Shown piece by piece: positions 13,735 through 26,099 of a stretch of 64,000 bases of DNA; the first letter of the stretch is position 1; every line of letters begins with the position of its first letter. The position numbers and the translations under genes were made by a program. The stretch is from Phoronis australis (Eukaryota > Animalia > Phoronida), in the NCBI GenBank assembly GCA_002633005.1, contig NMRA01000694.1:1-64000 (forward strand). The letters are read 5' to 3'. Under the pieces are notes generated by a model. It did not search any database. It worked only from the letters and a program-made list of their open reading frames with translations, and had not been told where the DNA came from.

Positions 13735-14236
13735 CAGGGCTTGGAATTTTCCGCGGAAACGCGGATTTCCGCTTTTTTCAAATGTGCTTTCCGCTTTTTT
13801 TATAATATTTCCGCGTAAAAAAATCGGATTTGATATAAAATTTCCGCGGCAAATTCTTTTCTTACCGCGGCGCTGCAGACGACGTTCACCTCGAAAAGCG
13901 GAAGTTGCTCTTTATGCTTCGGAGGAACGTAAATTGTCAACATTGCCGGGGCATCTGGCATCTGGGACAGCGTGGTGGGATTTTCAATGGTGTCTCGTGT
14001 TATTGTTAAGCGCGGCGACAAATACTACCGCCCTGCAGCCAAGAATGTGTGGGTTGGGAGTGGTCGGGCGAGCTAAAAAGGACGCAGACGCACACTACTG
14101 ATGCTGGTAACGTTTTTTTTTTTTTAGTCCCGATTTTTGTCGGGGAAAGGTTCATTGACCATTTCAAGATTGGTTATCGGGCATGATTTGGGCGTAAAAG
14201 TTTCCGCTTTTTTGTCATTGGTCATTCCAAGCCCTG
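13735..14236. mobile_element. hAT-like MITE with 6-bp target duplication
   Basis: TIR CAGGGCTTGGAAT...ATTCCAAGCCCTG, flanked by cttaca on both sides; internal ttccgc sub-terminal repeats. Confidence 0.75.
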
Positions 14237-16475
14237 CTTACAGCTGAAGTGCCTCTAAAACTATATTAATACAAAAAACATGGCCTGTAGTTTAAGATCA
14301 CGTTTCTTTTTTGTCTGAAAACTATCAACTGAAGGCGGTAACATGGACAAGAAGACAAGGTCCTGTGGAAAGTAGATATGGAACACCGGGTCGGAAACAC
14401 CTATCAGGTTCCAAGCCCATTGCATCGGACTCCAGGTCCTGTATTCTTGTTAGCCTACCCCTAGGACCACAAGAAGCAACGACTGCCAAATCTGATTCAA
14501 CTGACTTGTCATTTTTCGAAATGATTGGTGGAGGATTTTCTTAGTCGCCGCAGACAGAGAGTGCCACAGGGTCCCGGTGTCCTTGTCGGCATTCATCTTA
14601 ATCTCGGGACACCATGGAGTTCAGGGTGTTGTACCTCAGACGGTACAGGGTGTGAATTAACAAGACCACATGTACACAGACCAGTGGATGAGCAAGCAAA
14701 ATTGGGTCGCTGCAAGTTAAATCTTTTTAGGTTTACATCTGGGGTAAAGCTCGTAACGCTAGAACTTCGCTAAAAAGCAAGAATTCATGAAATTACGTGA
14801 TGTATTGTGTGTTTTAATTGAAAGCGTGATTTTGGCTAGATTTTTGTATTTCCCAAGACAGCTACTGAACTCTACCCTAGTCTGCGACCAGGGGCGCAAG
14901 GGTGAGAATGTCTCGAACACGCTAGACTGAAGATGTTGAGACGTTTGGTGAGGCATTGCAAACGAAGCACACGATCACACTATCTTCTTTAGCGAGATTC
15001 TGACATCTGCGATGCTTATCAGAGAGCAACAGACAATTTGTAAGGGTAGTGAAACGTGGTTACGTGGATGTACATTAGTTTTTGATATGTGTTATAGCAC
15101 ACCGGCTCTTACACAACATAGGACAGGGATGCAATGTCTCTGTAACAATTGCGTGTGCGCCGCACCCCTTTCTGAGTGATGGGCCTTGCACTATGTTTGA
15201 ATTTTAACCAGCTTTACTTTGGCTCCGTCTCACTCGGCTGCTGCTGTTCACTATCTACATTACTTTGAACGCGCGATATCCTACGGACAGACTTAGTTGT
15301 GGCCTATTGTGTATGGGGGCCTAATTTTTCTCATCACGTCAAGAATAAAATCCGGACACGTTGCCGGGAGATTTTAGCCACTAACAAGGGCATTTGCAAA
15401 GGCCAGGACGTTTTAAAAATAAAAACGTTTCGTAAACACGCAAGTTGATGTCAGGCGTGCAAGTTCAATGTCACAGTCGGAAGTCGAACAACACGGTCTA
15501 ATTAAACCAGAGCACATGTTACGCTACAACGAAAAACTGCAGCCTTCGGTGTATTTCCCATTTGTATTTTCATCAGAAATTTTCGTCATGCGGGACTCGG
15601 TGACTCTTTTTGTAGCTAAAGCGCCAAACACGAGCTAAACGCAAGACAATCGAGTAACGATCATGACATCATCAAGACAAGGTAAAAATTACATAGCCCG
15701 TTACACCAGTTCACAGATTCAAGCCTTATAGAGTAGTAATCATCCGTTGAACGCTTTAGTGACACGGGAGTTGCGTCGATCCCAAATTAGCGTTTCTAAA
15801 ATTTTCCTTGTCCGAAAGTCGCGGGGCAAAAATCCGACACTGTCCGAAGTTCGAAGATCATTGAAAAACAGTTTATGGACCTTGTACGAATTTCGTGCAC
15901 TATGAAAAACTCATTTCGGAAATATTTATTCTTGGTCGAAAATGGCGGGCCGTCCGAAAATCACGCGACTTTACCGTATCAATGCATTCCAAACATGAAG
16001 TGCGTTAACTTTGTACGTACAATAGAGAATGAAAACGTTTTAACCCAAGGTGTATAGTAAATCACCACTCACATCAGCACGCACATCAAAGACCTGTTGT
16101 TTAGTACATCATTTTTTAGAGACCAGTGCATTTCAGTCACACAAAATGAAGGTGGCGGGTGATTATCTGTTACAGGATAGAATGTCTGCAGTCTTGTGTG
16201 TGCGTATAAGCACTTATTGCGATGCTATATGTTTAGTGGTGAGATTCGTGTATGTACAACAAGTATCGTACCATAAAGGTTAACCAAAGATGTTAGACAG
16301 TCTCTGACCATACAGTGGACGTGCTATGAGAACAGCATGAAAATTTGGTTGTGGCAATGGCAGATAACTAATTGGTTGTTACAGCGAGATCATTAGTCCC
16401 ATTTAGACATCATCTTTTGATCCAGCATAAGTGGCACGGAGCAACTTGATTGGTGTAACTATAGTGGCCGGTTAC

Positions 16476-16806
16476 CATGGGCGGATCCAGGTTTTTGAGT
16501 TGGGGGTGGGAGGGCAAAGGAATAACCAGAATTTCCCCACACACGCGCCCCCTGCCTAAAGACTAAAATGTAGGGATGCAGGGGTCTCGAATTTTTTGAG
16601 TGTGTGGACCTTATTACTAAAAAAACAAAAAAACACTGACCGGGATTTGTTCAAGGCCTATGCATTGTGCATTCCCCCCACCCGAGCCCCCCCTGGGTGC
16701 GTGCATATACTAGTCAGCAATTCGCACCTCGAACTGCCCAATGGTATCTAGGAGATTTTTAGGGCGGCCATGGCCCCCTTGCCCCTCCCTCCCTAAATCC
16801 GCCACT
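16476..16806. mobile_element. Short MITE-like element (catgggcggatccag...ctaaatccgccactg)
   Basis: Imperfect terminal inverted repeats with G/C-rich sub-termini. No clean TSD. It sits inside a larger inverted-repeat remnant (gtggcacggagcaac ~16431 vs tttgctccgtgcca ~17071). Confidence 0.45.
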
Positions 16807-18098
16807 GGCTACACACGCAATTCACTAACTGTGGCAAGACCGAAGTTGTACGCTGGAGTGTGGAATGCATATGCACAGGTTTTCGAATAGCAGGAGTTGT
16901 AGAGACAGAGAACCCATTTGTAGGTCATTGCACATAGCGCAGCAGAGATGATCCTTTCCGCCTTGCCCCAGTTTCGCTTTTAGACAATAATTGACACGGA
17001 GCAAGATGTTCAAACGCAAGTTGCTCTACCTACCATTAACGGGTGGCAAAAGTTGTCACCGCGATGTCAGTTTGCTCCGTGCCAGCGCGGTTTACACACT
17101 GGAACATCTCGATCCGTGTCAGCTGATCCGTGACAACTTTTGTAGTAACGGCACTAATGACTGACATAATCATGAGCTGGTGATTCAAACGGAGTCGAGT
17201 TGCCCACACAAGTGATCAATTGTAGCGCTGCATCTGAGGGATCTGTGCCGATTCTGAATAAGGCAACGAATGATTTGAATGTCAACTTTTTTGCTTATAA
17301 CATGGCTGTGGTTGTCATGTATTTTTAGTGAAGATATTTAGTTTTGATAATCGTGTAGTCGTGTACTATATGTATTTGGCTATGCTATGTTGAACTGTCG
17401 GTCAGCCATTTAATGTTGTCAGAACATATTGATTACAACTAGTAATAGCAAGTCTTCCTCCTAAGCTCATTTTAGAAAATACCACCATTGGACAATTAAC
17501 AATTTGCTCATACTGTCTATAGTATGTGGGTCTGTTAGTAATGTGCTCTGTCATAGCAAACTGCTTCAGCAGTATGTGTCAGTGGGCACAAAATGTATTG
17601 TCAACTGGTCCATGTATCTCTGTGGTGATACTATCTACAATAAAAACATCTCCACAATGACATTGATACACATAATTATTTAGGCGTCATTGTGATGAAG
17701 CTGTGCCTGTATGCAAATGTGGGCTCATTGCGCATACCACGATGTGTAAAAACCCTGGCTTATATAATGAGTAAAATGAAAGTGCATATTTTTAAAATAA
17801 CGTGAGAATGAAACTTTATTGCTTTGAAACCAGTAAACGATGTCGAGTTTTGAATGGAGATGTTAACTACGAATGAATAGATGATGCATATACAGAATGA
17901 GATATGCGTGTCTACAATGAAATGGAAAACTTACACATATGTGCCTTTGTGTGAAATATGTAAGCAAAATATAGTTTCTGAAAAAAAGAAATACAGTTAT
18001 GGCACATGGTTCTAATTACTCGATTGTGCAGGAGAACATTATTTTGTAATTGTCTTTTCAATATATTGCGATTAAATCGATTTTATTTTATTTTACAG

Positions 18099-21000
18099 GG
18101 GTGCGTTGTTTGGACCTTATGCATTAAAATGTTTGTCAGCTGTGGGCAACTCAAGTCAAGATCAAGAACTGTTACAGAAATTGGGAATTTGCCAAAAGCT
18201 GGACTTGAGTTTGTTGAACTTAAGGAGCGAGGAGGTTCCTGTAGGACTGACACTTTGTCAAAGCTTAGTGAAACTTGATATGTCAAGTAATGAACTGACT
18301 TCTATTCCAGATGGCATTTTTTCACTGTCGCATTTAGAATCATTGAATTTGTCTTTCAACGAGCTTACAGAAATACCTTCTGACATCAAAGCACTGGCAG
18401 AATTGAAAGATGTTAACCTGTCTCACAATGAGAGATTAAGAGACATTACTTCAGTCTGTCAATGTATCAAACTGCGAAGGTTAGAGATACATGACAACCA
18501 GTTAGTGAATATTCCAGTTGAAGTAGTGAATTTAATAGAGCTGGAAGAGATTGATTTATCAAATAATAAGATCAGAGACTTTGATTCACTGGTAACGTGT
18601 GCCAAACTGAGAAAGGTATCATTATGTCATATCAAGTTGGCGAGTATTCCAGCTGAAGTAGGGAAGCTGAGTGAATTGGAAGACGTTGATTTATCAGGTA
18701 ATCAGATCAGAGTCTTTGATTCACTGGTTACTTGTGCCAAACTGAGAAAGGTATCATTACACGATAAGTTGGAGAGTATTCCAGCCGAAGTAGGGAAGCT
18801 GAGTGAATTGGAAGAGGTTGATTTATCAGATAATCAGATCAGCGACTTTGATTCTCTGGTTACTTGTGCCAAACTGAGAAAGGTATCATTACAACATAAC
18901 AAGTTGGGGAGTATTCCAGCCGAAGTAGGGATGCTGAGTGAATTGGAAGAGGTTGATTTATCATTTAATCAGATCAGCGACTTTGATTCTCTGGTTACTT
19001 CTGCCAAACTGAGAGAGGTATCATTACACCATAACAAGTTGGAGAGTATTCCAGCCGAAGTAGGGAAGCTGAGTGAATTGGAAGAGGTTGGTTTATCATT
19101 TAATCAGATCAGCGACTTTGATTCTCTGGTTACTTGTGCCAAACTGAGAGGGGTATCATTACAACATAACAAGTTGGAGAGTATTCCAGCCGAAGTAGGG
19201 AAGCTGAGTGAATTGGAAGAGGTTGATTTATCATTTAATCAGATCAGAGACTTTGATTCACTGGTAAGTTGTGCCAAACTGAGAGTGGTGAGGCTGTGCA
19301 ATAATCTTATCAAAGTTATTCCACCCAGTATAGGGAATCTGAAGCAGCTTGAGCACCTTGACCTGTCCAATAATGAGATGGTAGGATTTGCTCGGTTGCC
19401 ATATAGTTTCCTTGATAAAACTGATGATACACACATTCAAATCTGTAGTCTCCCAGATGAAGTATGCCAGTTAAAGAAACTAAGATTTCTTGACTTAAAG
19501 AACAATTCATTACATCAACTTCCAATGCACATTGATCAGTGTCATTCTCTCCAGACGTTGAGGCTTGATGGTAATCCTTTAACAAGGCCACCTGTGGAAG
19601 TATGCAAAAGTGGTGTAAAGGCCATATTCCAGTATTTCAAGGATCTGCGACAAAGTGAAAGCAGGGTCAGAAAACAGCAGGTGGTCTTCCTGGGAGAGAC
19701 CGGAGCTGGTAAAACTAGCTTGGCTAGAACATTGGTAAACAATCGGTCATCTTTAGCTGATCCTGCGGACCGCACTCGTGTGCTTGATCGATACGTTTTG
19801 AAAGTAAGCAATGATTTACAATTACAGATTACGGACTTTGGTGGCCACCATGTTTATGAGTTGGCTCATACATTCTTTTTGACACCCGAGGTAATTGCTT
19901 CATTAGTAGTAGATTTGTCACGGTATAATAAGGACAACTACATGAATTTCGCAGGTCGGTGGCTGGGTTCATTAATGGCCATGTCGTGGAAGTCTACTGT
20001 GATTGTTGTTGGAACTCACAGTGATTGTTGTGCTGCAGAGGAGATTGAGAGAAAGAAGAAGGACTTATTGGGTCGCATCAAGGATCAATATCATCAGATG
20101 ATAACTGATGTTGAAAGGCAGCGGGAAAGAATCGCCAAGACAATAAATCGGTATGATGGCAGAACAGAGTTCGATTGTTATGTTCAATACCTTAAAAACA
20201 TTCGCAAGAGCAAGGAAACCCGCTTGGAATCACTGCGTTCAAACTTCCATTTAATTGACTACATCTTTGAGACAAGTGCACATTCTATGCATGGTATTCC
20301 TAAATTCAAGGATGAACTACTTGCAGTTTGTGACAAAAAGGCAGCAACATTGCCTCGTTCATGGCTGGCAATACAAGACATCATGGATGAACAGAGTGAT
20401 GAACCCTGCATCATGCTTGAGAAATTCCATGAAATTGTGCGTCGAGGTTTCACTGTTCGTGAGTTGCCTACAGATGATATTCAGCACACTGCTGCAGTGT
20501 TACTTTCGTATCAACATCAGTGTGGAAATTACTTATGGTTTGAAGATGATGATCAGCTTAAAGGGTATGTCTTCCATCGACCTGATTTTGTTGTGGAGTT
20601 TTTGAAAGGCATTTTTCATCACAACATGGATAGTCAACTGGATCAGAGTAATCAAGATTTTGACTTCAAGCATTTCACCAAGGAAAGTTTCAAGAAAGCA
20701 AAAAAAGATTTCTTGAAGTGTGGTCTCATTTCAACACACCTGCTGCGGTGTCTAGTGAAGCGGTATGTGAGTGATGAATCTTTGTTTGACATTTTGGTAC
20801 ATCTCTTGGAAAAGTTCTCTCTATGTTTCCGTGTTCGCGAAAAAGGTCATGGCAGCATTCTTTGTTTTCCATGGTTCCTCACCAATGACCAGCCCGACGA
20901 GATGCAAGTGAAGTGGCGAAAGAAGCCAGGCGAACAACAGTACCAGATCGAGTTTCATTTCTCAATGCAGTTTCCTGAAGCTTTCTTTGAGCTGGCCATT

Positions 21001-21394
21001 GTTCGGGTGCATCAGTGCTTTGGACCATTTCTGCAGGATGTTGTAACATGGAAAAGTGGTGTTTACTTCCGCAAAGATTACGACAAGATAAGAATGTCCA
21101 AAGTGCGAGAAGACAACGATGACATTCTACAACTTGCTGTGCGAGGAGAACAAGTTACTAAGTCGTGGCCTAGTTTGATGAAAGCATATCACGTAGTTGT
21201 TGGCCTTTTATTAAGGAAGTGGCCAGGAGCCTCATATGACATTTTCTATGTCTGCCCACATTGTCTATGCTCTGAAGTTGCTGATCCTACTCTGCATCCA
21301 GCCCAAGATCTGCATACGTTTCTGTCTGGTGTAGAATTCCTGCCATGTGACAACAGTGATGAAGGAATGGTGAAAGTGGATGAGGTTGTACCAG
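18099..21394 (+). CDS. Large exon encoding LRR-Roc-COR (ROCO, MFHAS1-like); first identified exon of the ROCO-protease fusion
   Basis: 1,101-codon ORF with ~19-20 LRRs. Roc motifs: P-loop GETGAGKTS (19693-19719), switch I RTRV, DFGGH, VGTHSD, ETSAH. Then COR (LPRSWL...YVFHRPDFVVEFLK...FPWFL...TWKSGV) and a CPHC...C tail. Acceptor ttttacag at 18091-18098; donor CCAG|gtaata (phase 1). Start exon not identified; the first in-frame ATG is 18280. Confidence 0.93.
18541..19290 (+). repeat. Coding tandem repeat: 5.5 units of 135 bp (45 aa = one 22-aa plus one 23-aa LRR)
   Basis: Units start at 18541, 18676, 18808 (the preceding unit is one codon shorter), 18943, 19078 and 19213. Near-identical at DNA level. 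Confidence 0.92.
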
Positions 21395-21873
21395 GTAATA
21401 CGCTTGTGTAGTCAGTATTCATATCAAATGTTCTCACTTAGTAAATCACAGTAAGTTATGGATATCATATGAGTTATAGGTATATGTCAGAAATAGTTAT
21501 GTTGAGCACAAGATCAAATTTCTGTTGTAAGTCGTTTTTCATAAAACAAAAATTAATCTCAGTAGTATAGCAGAGAAAGTGGACAAACTAAAAAAATTGG
21601 TTTTAATGAAGCTGCTAGATTGTCAAGCAACAAGATTTGGGTTGAGGGCTTACAAAAATCATTTGCTTCTCTGAGTTGTATGTATGTGTGATTTTTTAAG
21701 TGAGCTTGAGAAGTACCAAATTCTCCTTCTTAATTCTCAAGTTTTAATACTTTTGTGAAGGTGATGAAGTTGTAAATAACTTGTAGCCCGTTTTAGAAAT
21801 AAAACATGTGATCAACAAACTCATTCAAAGTTTGTGTGACAATGAATGTAATGTAATTGTAATTTGTGTTTAG

Positions 21874-21947
21874 GTCCATTTTCTTTACCAAGTGAAGTAG
21901 AGCTATTTGAGGCACAGAGAGGTTTTGACAACATTTGTCAGCAAAAG
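21874..21947 (+). CDS. ROCO-protease exon 2 (linker, GPFSLPSEVELFEAQRGFDNICQQK)
   Basis: Acceptor gtgtttag, donor AAG|gtaaga. Phase 1 in, phase 0 out; in frame with the preceding exon. Confidence 0.75.
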
Positions 21948-22479
21948 GTAAGAAGTAATTTAAGCTGCACTAGTTTAAGTGCTCTAGTTTCTATCCAATA
22001 CTCAGCTGCTTTAGGGTTGGTTTCCAACTCTAAGTTTCATGACTTGTAATGTTTGCTGCTTGTTGGATCTGTTTTTGTGTTCTCTTACCTAGCAGTGTCA
22101 CACTAAGTAGGTTTTGGCAACTATTTTGACATAAAATTAACTCCTGCATAATTATGTTCTTGAAGATGTGTTAGATTGCAATTTTACGTCTTTAACGTGC
22201 CTGTCCCTGTTCACATTACAAAGACGGTTATGTGTTTTCGTGAAATTACTGTTCTGTATTTTAAGTATCTGCATTCCCCAGTCCAAAATGTTTGTGAAAT
22301 AGTGTGGGAAGACATAATTCTGCAAACTTTTACCTTCACACCAATGTAACTCCTACTTATGTTGATGTTGTAGTCAACCACTTAAAAGTAAATATATAAT
22401 AACATCCCGTACCAAAATGAGGAGTTGAGTTTCAAGTGAGATTCAATTAAAGTTCAATAAAAAATTGAATTTCTATTGA

Positions 22480-22715
22480 ATATGTCTATTGAATGAAATG
22501 TCAATTGGCACTGCCCTCCAACCTGATTATGCTGTCAGTTGAGTGGCTATTGAACATCTATTGAATGGCAATTGAATTTCAGCACTTAGAGAGAATTTTT
22601 AGCTGTTCTGTATTGAATAGCTATTGAATTTCAGGACTTAGAAAAATTTTGGCAGTTCGGAATTGAATATTTATTGAATCAGGATGTCTTGAATTGAATG
22701 GCTATTGATTTTCAA
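22480..22715. repeat. Degenerate short tandem repeats of ctattgaat/attgaat
   Basis: More than 10 copies of attgaa(t) in ~230 bp; possibly a transposon sub-terminal array. Confidence 0.5.
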
Positions 22716-23938
22716 GACTTGGGGAATTTCTGGATGGTTTGATTTTACCAACAATGTTTGTTATAGACATAGGTTACCAAATTGGTTGTCAAGGTTACAT
22801 TTCTGGAAAGTGACCATTAAGTTTTTCAAACCCTTTCAAACGGTTTTGGTCCAGCATTAACTTTTCATAGATAGTGAAGAACTGCACAGATTAATTGCCG
22901 AGTTTTTGATTTCAACATTTTATTATGTCAATTTGATTGTTAAGGACCATAAGGTTTCATTCAGGAATGAGTAGCTTCAGTCTTGCTAACAAAATGGAAG
23001 TATTTTTCTGATTCAGCTGATCAAGGTTATGGAAGTTAAGTAGTGGAGCACAGATTTCAAAACGAGTTGAATATAGACCAAAACTTTCATGTGCATGTAA
23101 TTGCCAAAAGAACTGTCAGTTAACTGTATTTTGACCTAACATATTTCATTTACTTTAAATTTATTACTTGAAACTTAGGAACATATTTTTACGATTCTGT
23201 CTTAAAATTTTCACATCAGAGAAATGTACATGACATGATTGAGAGAAATGAATTTTTATTTTGGTTACATGAACTGCAACTAAATAATTGAGTTAGGCAG
23301 ATGTCTTGGATATTAGAGGTTTGTCATCGCCACCAGTCATTTACCTGTAGTGTCTCTGCAGTATGTTCTGACAATTACCATACTGGTTAAATATACAAGC
23401 TGTTGTGCTCACAATATTAAAAATTAAATTTCAGTCATGAGCTAATGAGATGCTTGATATTTTTGACTCTCACAAACAGTGCGATTCTATGGAAGGGGTT
23501 AGTACTCACTTTGGTTTATGAGTAGGCCCTATTTAGCGACATAAGCTAATTGGTGGAAGCCATTCAAACACAGTACTGCAGAGGTTAGGATTTTGATGTC
23601 TTTGATAAATGTATGTTGCTGCTGGATGATATTCCCATGGGCCAATTAAATAATGCAAAAAATTTAAATTGCATTTACAATGAAACAGCGTGTTCATAGA
23701 TGTAGGTATGGTGTAATGAGAAAGTTACAATGCATAGTCACTGATACCCATGCTTGAACATCAACTGAGTTTCAATTCCTGTCCCATTTGAATGTCCAGT
23801 GTACTTTTTCGTATGGGATGCTCCAGATTTCCAAATGTTTCTCACCACATACTGTATAAGTCTAAAGTATTCAGACAAAATGACTCGGAATTTTCCGCCA
23901 TTAGTACTTGAGTGGAAGTTGAATTCATCGTGAGAGTA

Positions 23939-25722
23939 CCGTAAACGTTCGGGTTAACGCCCTGGGCAGTTAAATTGGCAAACCCAAAAAATCGAGGGTG
24001 GGCGGTTAACCAGACATGGGCGCTTAAACGTGAAACTTCAAAAAATCCAGGGTGGGCGGTTAACCGAACATGGGCGCTTATTACGACAGGCAAGCGCCCT
24101 GGGCGGTTAATCTTACCTCGTGATCTAAGTACCCACACCACACACGTAGTCGTAGGCCTACTCGGAACGCGTAGCACTTTTCAAAGAGCGTTATCGTCAC
24201 GTCGCCACATGACGGGAAAAATGTCATAACAGCGGATGATCCTAACAAAGGTTATCATGCCCTCAGATTAGTTATTCACTATTAAATTTACAGAATTGCT
24301 GAGTAATAGCCCCGTGCCGTCCTGCGGTCTTGTTATTTAGCCCTGTAGTGTAGAGCGCAGACGACAAGTGACCACGCAGCCTCTACTTGGATTGCAACTA
24401 TTTCATCTTGCTAAAGTGCGCGCGTGCAAGCTTCACGTGTTGCAGAGGTCACAGCAGACATCAGATTTATGGTTACAGTCTCGTACTAGCTGCCAAGTTC
24501 ATAGTCAGAGAGCAGTTTTAAAATTGGTTGTAATAAAAGTTTGAAAACCTTGATTCAGATGTTTTTTTGTGTTTGGGATGTTTATAGTCAACACACCGTG
24601 ACTCAATGACATTTTCAGCGTATGGTTCTGTGGCTTGCTGTTTTATCTCGACTGCCCGGCATTGCTCACTTGCCGTTGCGCCAAACATGCTCGGCAAAGA
24701 AGTAGGCCCAAGACAAGAATCTGGGTTAAGCGGCCGTGTGCCACTCGTCAATCAAGAATGAAATTTCGAGCCACGGCATAAATATGTGATAAAACGCTAC
24801 AAAACAGCGATGTTTCAATTCATAAACGATCACCTTACCAAACTTCGTGGTGGAAAAACATTTATTTTTCATGCAAGATGTCCAGAATATCCTATTTATA
24901 TCACTTGCAATATCGCACTGCGGCACTGTTCGGTCCAGTTGTTAGCGCGCAATGTCTCAGTCGGCTGACAATCGTGACTTGGAAATGCCGTCAAGTAATA
25001 TAACGGCCTCTTTCAATATGCATCTCGTTTTTTATGGCCAAAGATAGCAGCGGGATTCAGCACGCGCGTAGGGCCTACGTGCGACTCACCTGTCAATCAC
25101 ATGTTGGTGTCAAGGTAACATGCACTCCAAAGTGTGGGAACTTGCGCGCGTGCACCACTACAAAGTCACACATCAAAAGAGAATAGCGACAGTCCTAAGT
25201 AACAGAAACGGGCGTGACTATATATTTTTAACCATTGTCTCATTTCTCTGGCCTGATTTTTTCGAATATATGTTTTATCAAGTGCACTGCAGACGAAAAC
25301 TCAGCGCGGCAGACAAAGTCGCTGAAACTTTGCAAACATGGGAAGAAAATAAAGTGACAAAAACGTTCAAGTATTATATTTTGAAGTGAGTCCATGACCC
25401 AAGACAATAACTCGTCACTTGTATAATTGCAATTCACATTGCCAAACCACCGTCTCGGAGGCCCGGCGTCGTTGCGCTCATTGTGATCATCGATCTTTTT
25501 CTAAAAGTCGGGGAATCGCGCATTTCCTTAGCACTGGGCGCTAAATCTTCATTCTTTAAAAGTCGGGGATGGGCGCTTAACCGAGAAGTGGGCGCTTAAC
25601 TGGAAATCTTCAAAAATCGCAGGGGGGCGCTTAACCGAGTAGTGGGCGGTTAAATCGAAAATCCACCTAAAGTAGGGGGTGGGCGGTTAACTGAGCATGG
25701 GCGTTAACCCGAACGTTTACGG
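23939..25722. mobile_element. Non-autonomous Tc1/mariner-pogo-like DNA element
   Basis: TA target duplication and a perfect TIR CCGTAAACGTTCGGGTTAACGCCC...GGGCGTTAACCCGAACGTTTACGG. Sub-terminal gggcggttaac/gggcgctta repeats at both ends; no transposase. Confidence 0.85.
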
Positions 25723-26099
25723 TAGTCTTTTCTCTTAACCAAGAATAAAGGAGTATGAACAGAAAGTTTGTAGGGTGGCCGTTAAGCAATTTTGTAATAA
25801 GAACTTTGCCGCTTTTATAATTATTACCATTTATGTTTTGTTGTTTACAGAATTAGTCGTCATTACGGGGAAACAGTATCTCATCTGATTAGTTTTTTGT
25901 CTTCCATTGAGTGTACAACTGATTTTTATATTTATATGTGGGTGCATATTGCTGTCATTATTGGTTGTCCGGGTGTCGATGTCCGCTACTGTATCTCTTA
26001 TTAACCCAGTGGAAAATTTTTGGCATGTGTGCTCATATGAAACTGACGACATGCTGATGAATTTTGGATTGATCTGACATGTCACCTTGTGACAATTTA

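Noticed and set aside
18099-21394. Calling the gene LRRK2 or a strict MFHAS1 orthologue
   Set aside because: No kinase or WD40 domain follows COR. The MFHAS1 resemblance is architectural only and orthology needs a phylogeny, so no gene symbol is assigned.
19239-21437. Antisense and alternative-frame ORFs overlapping the ROCO exon
   Set aside because: Short and motif-free; expected shadows of a long coding exon.
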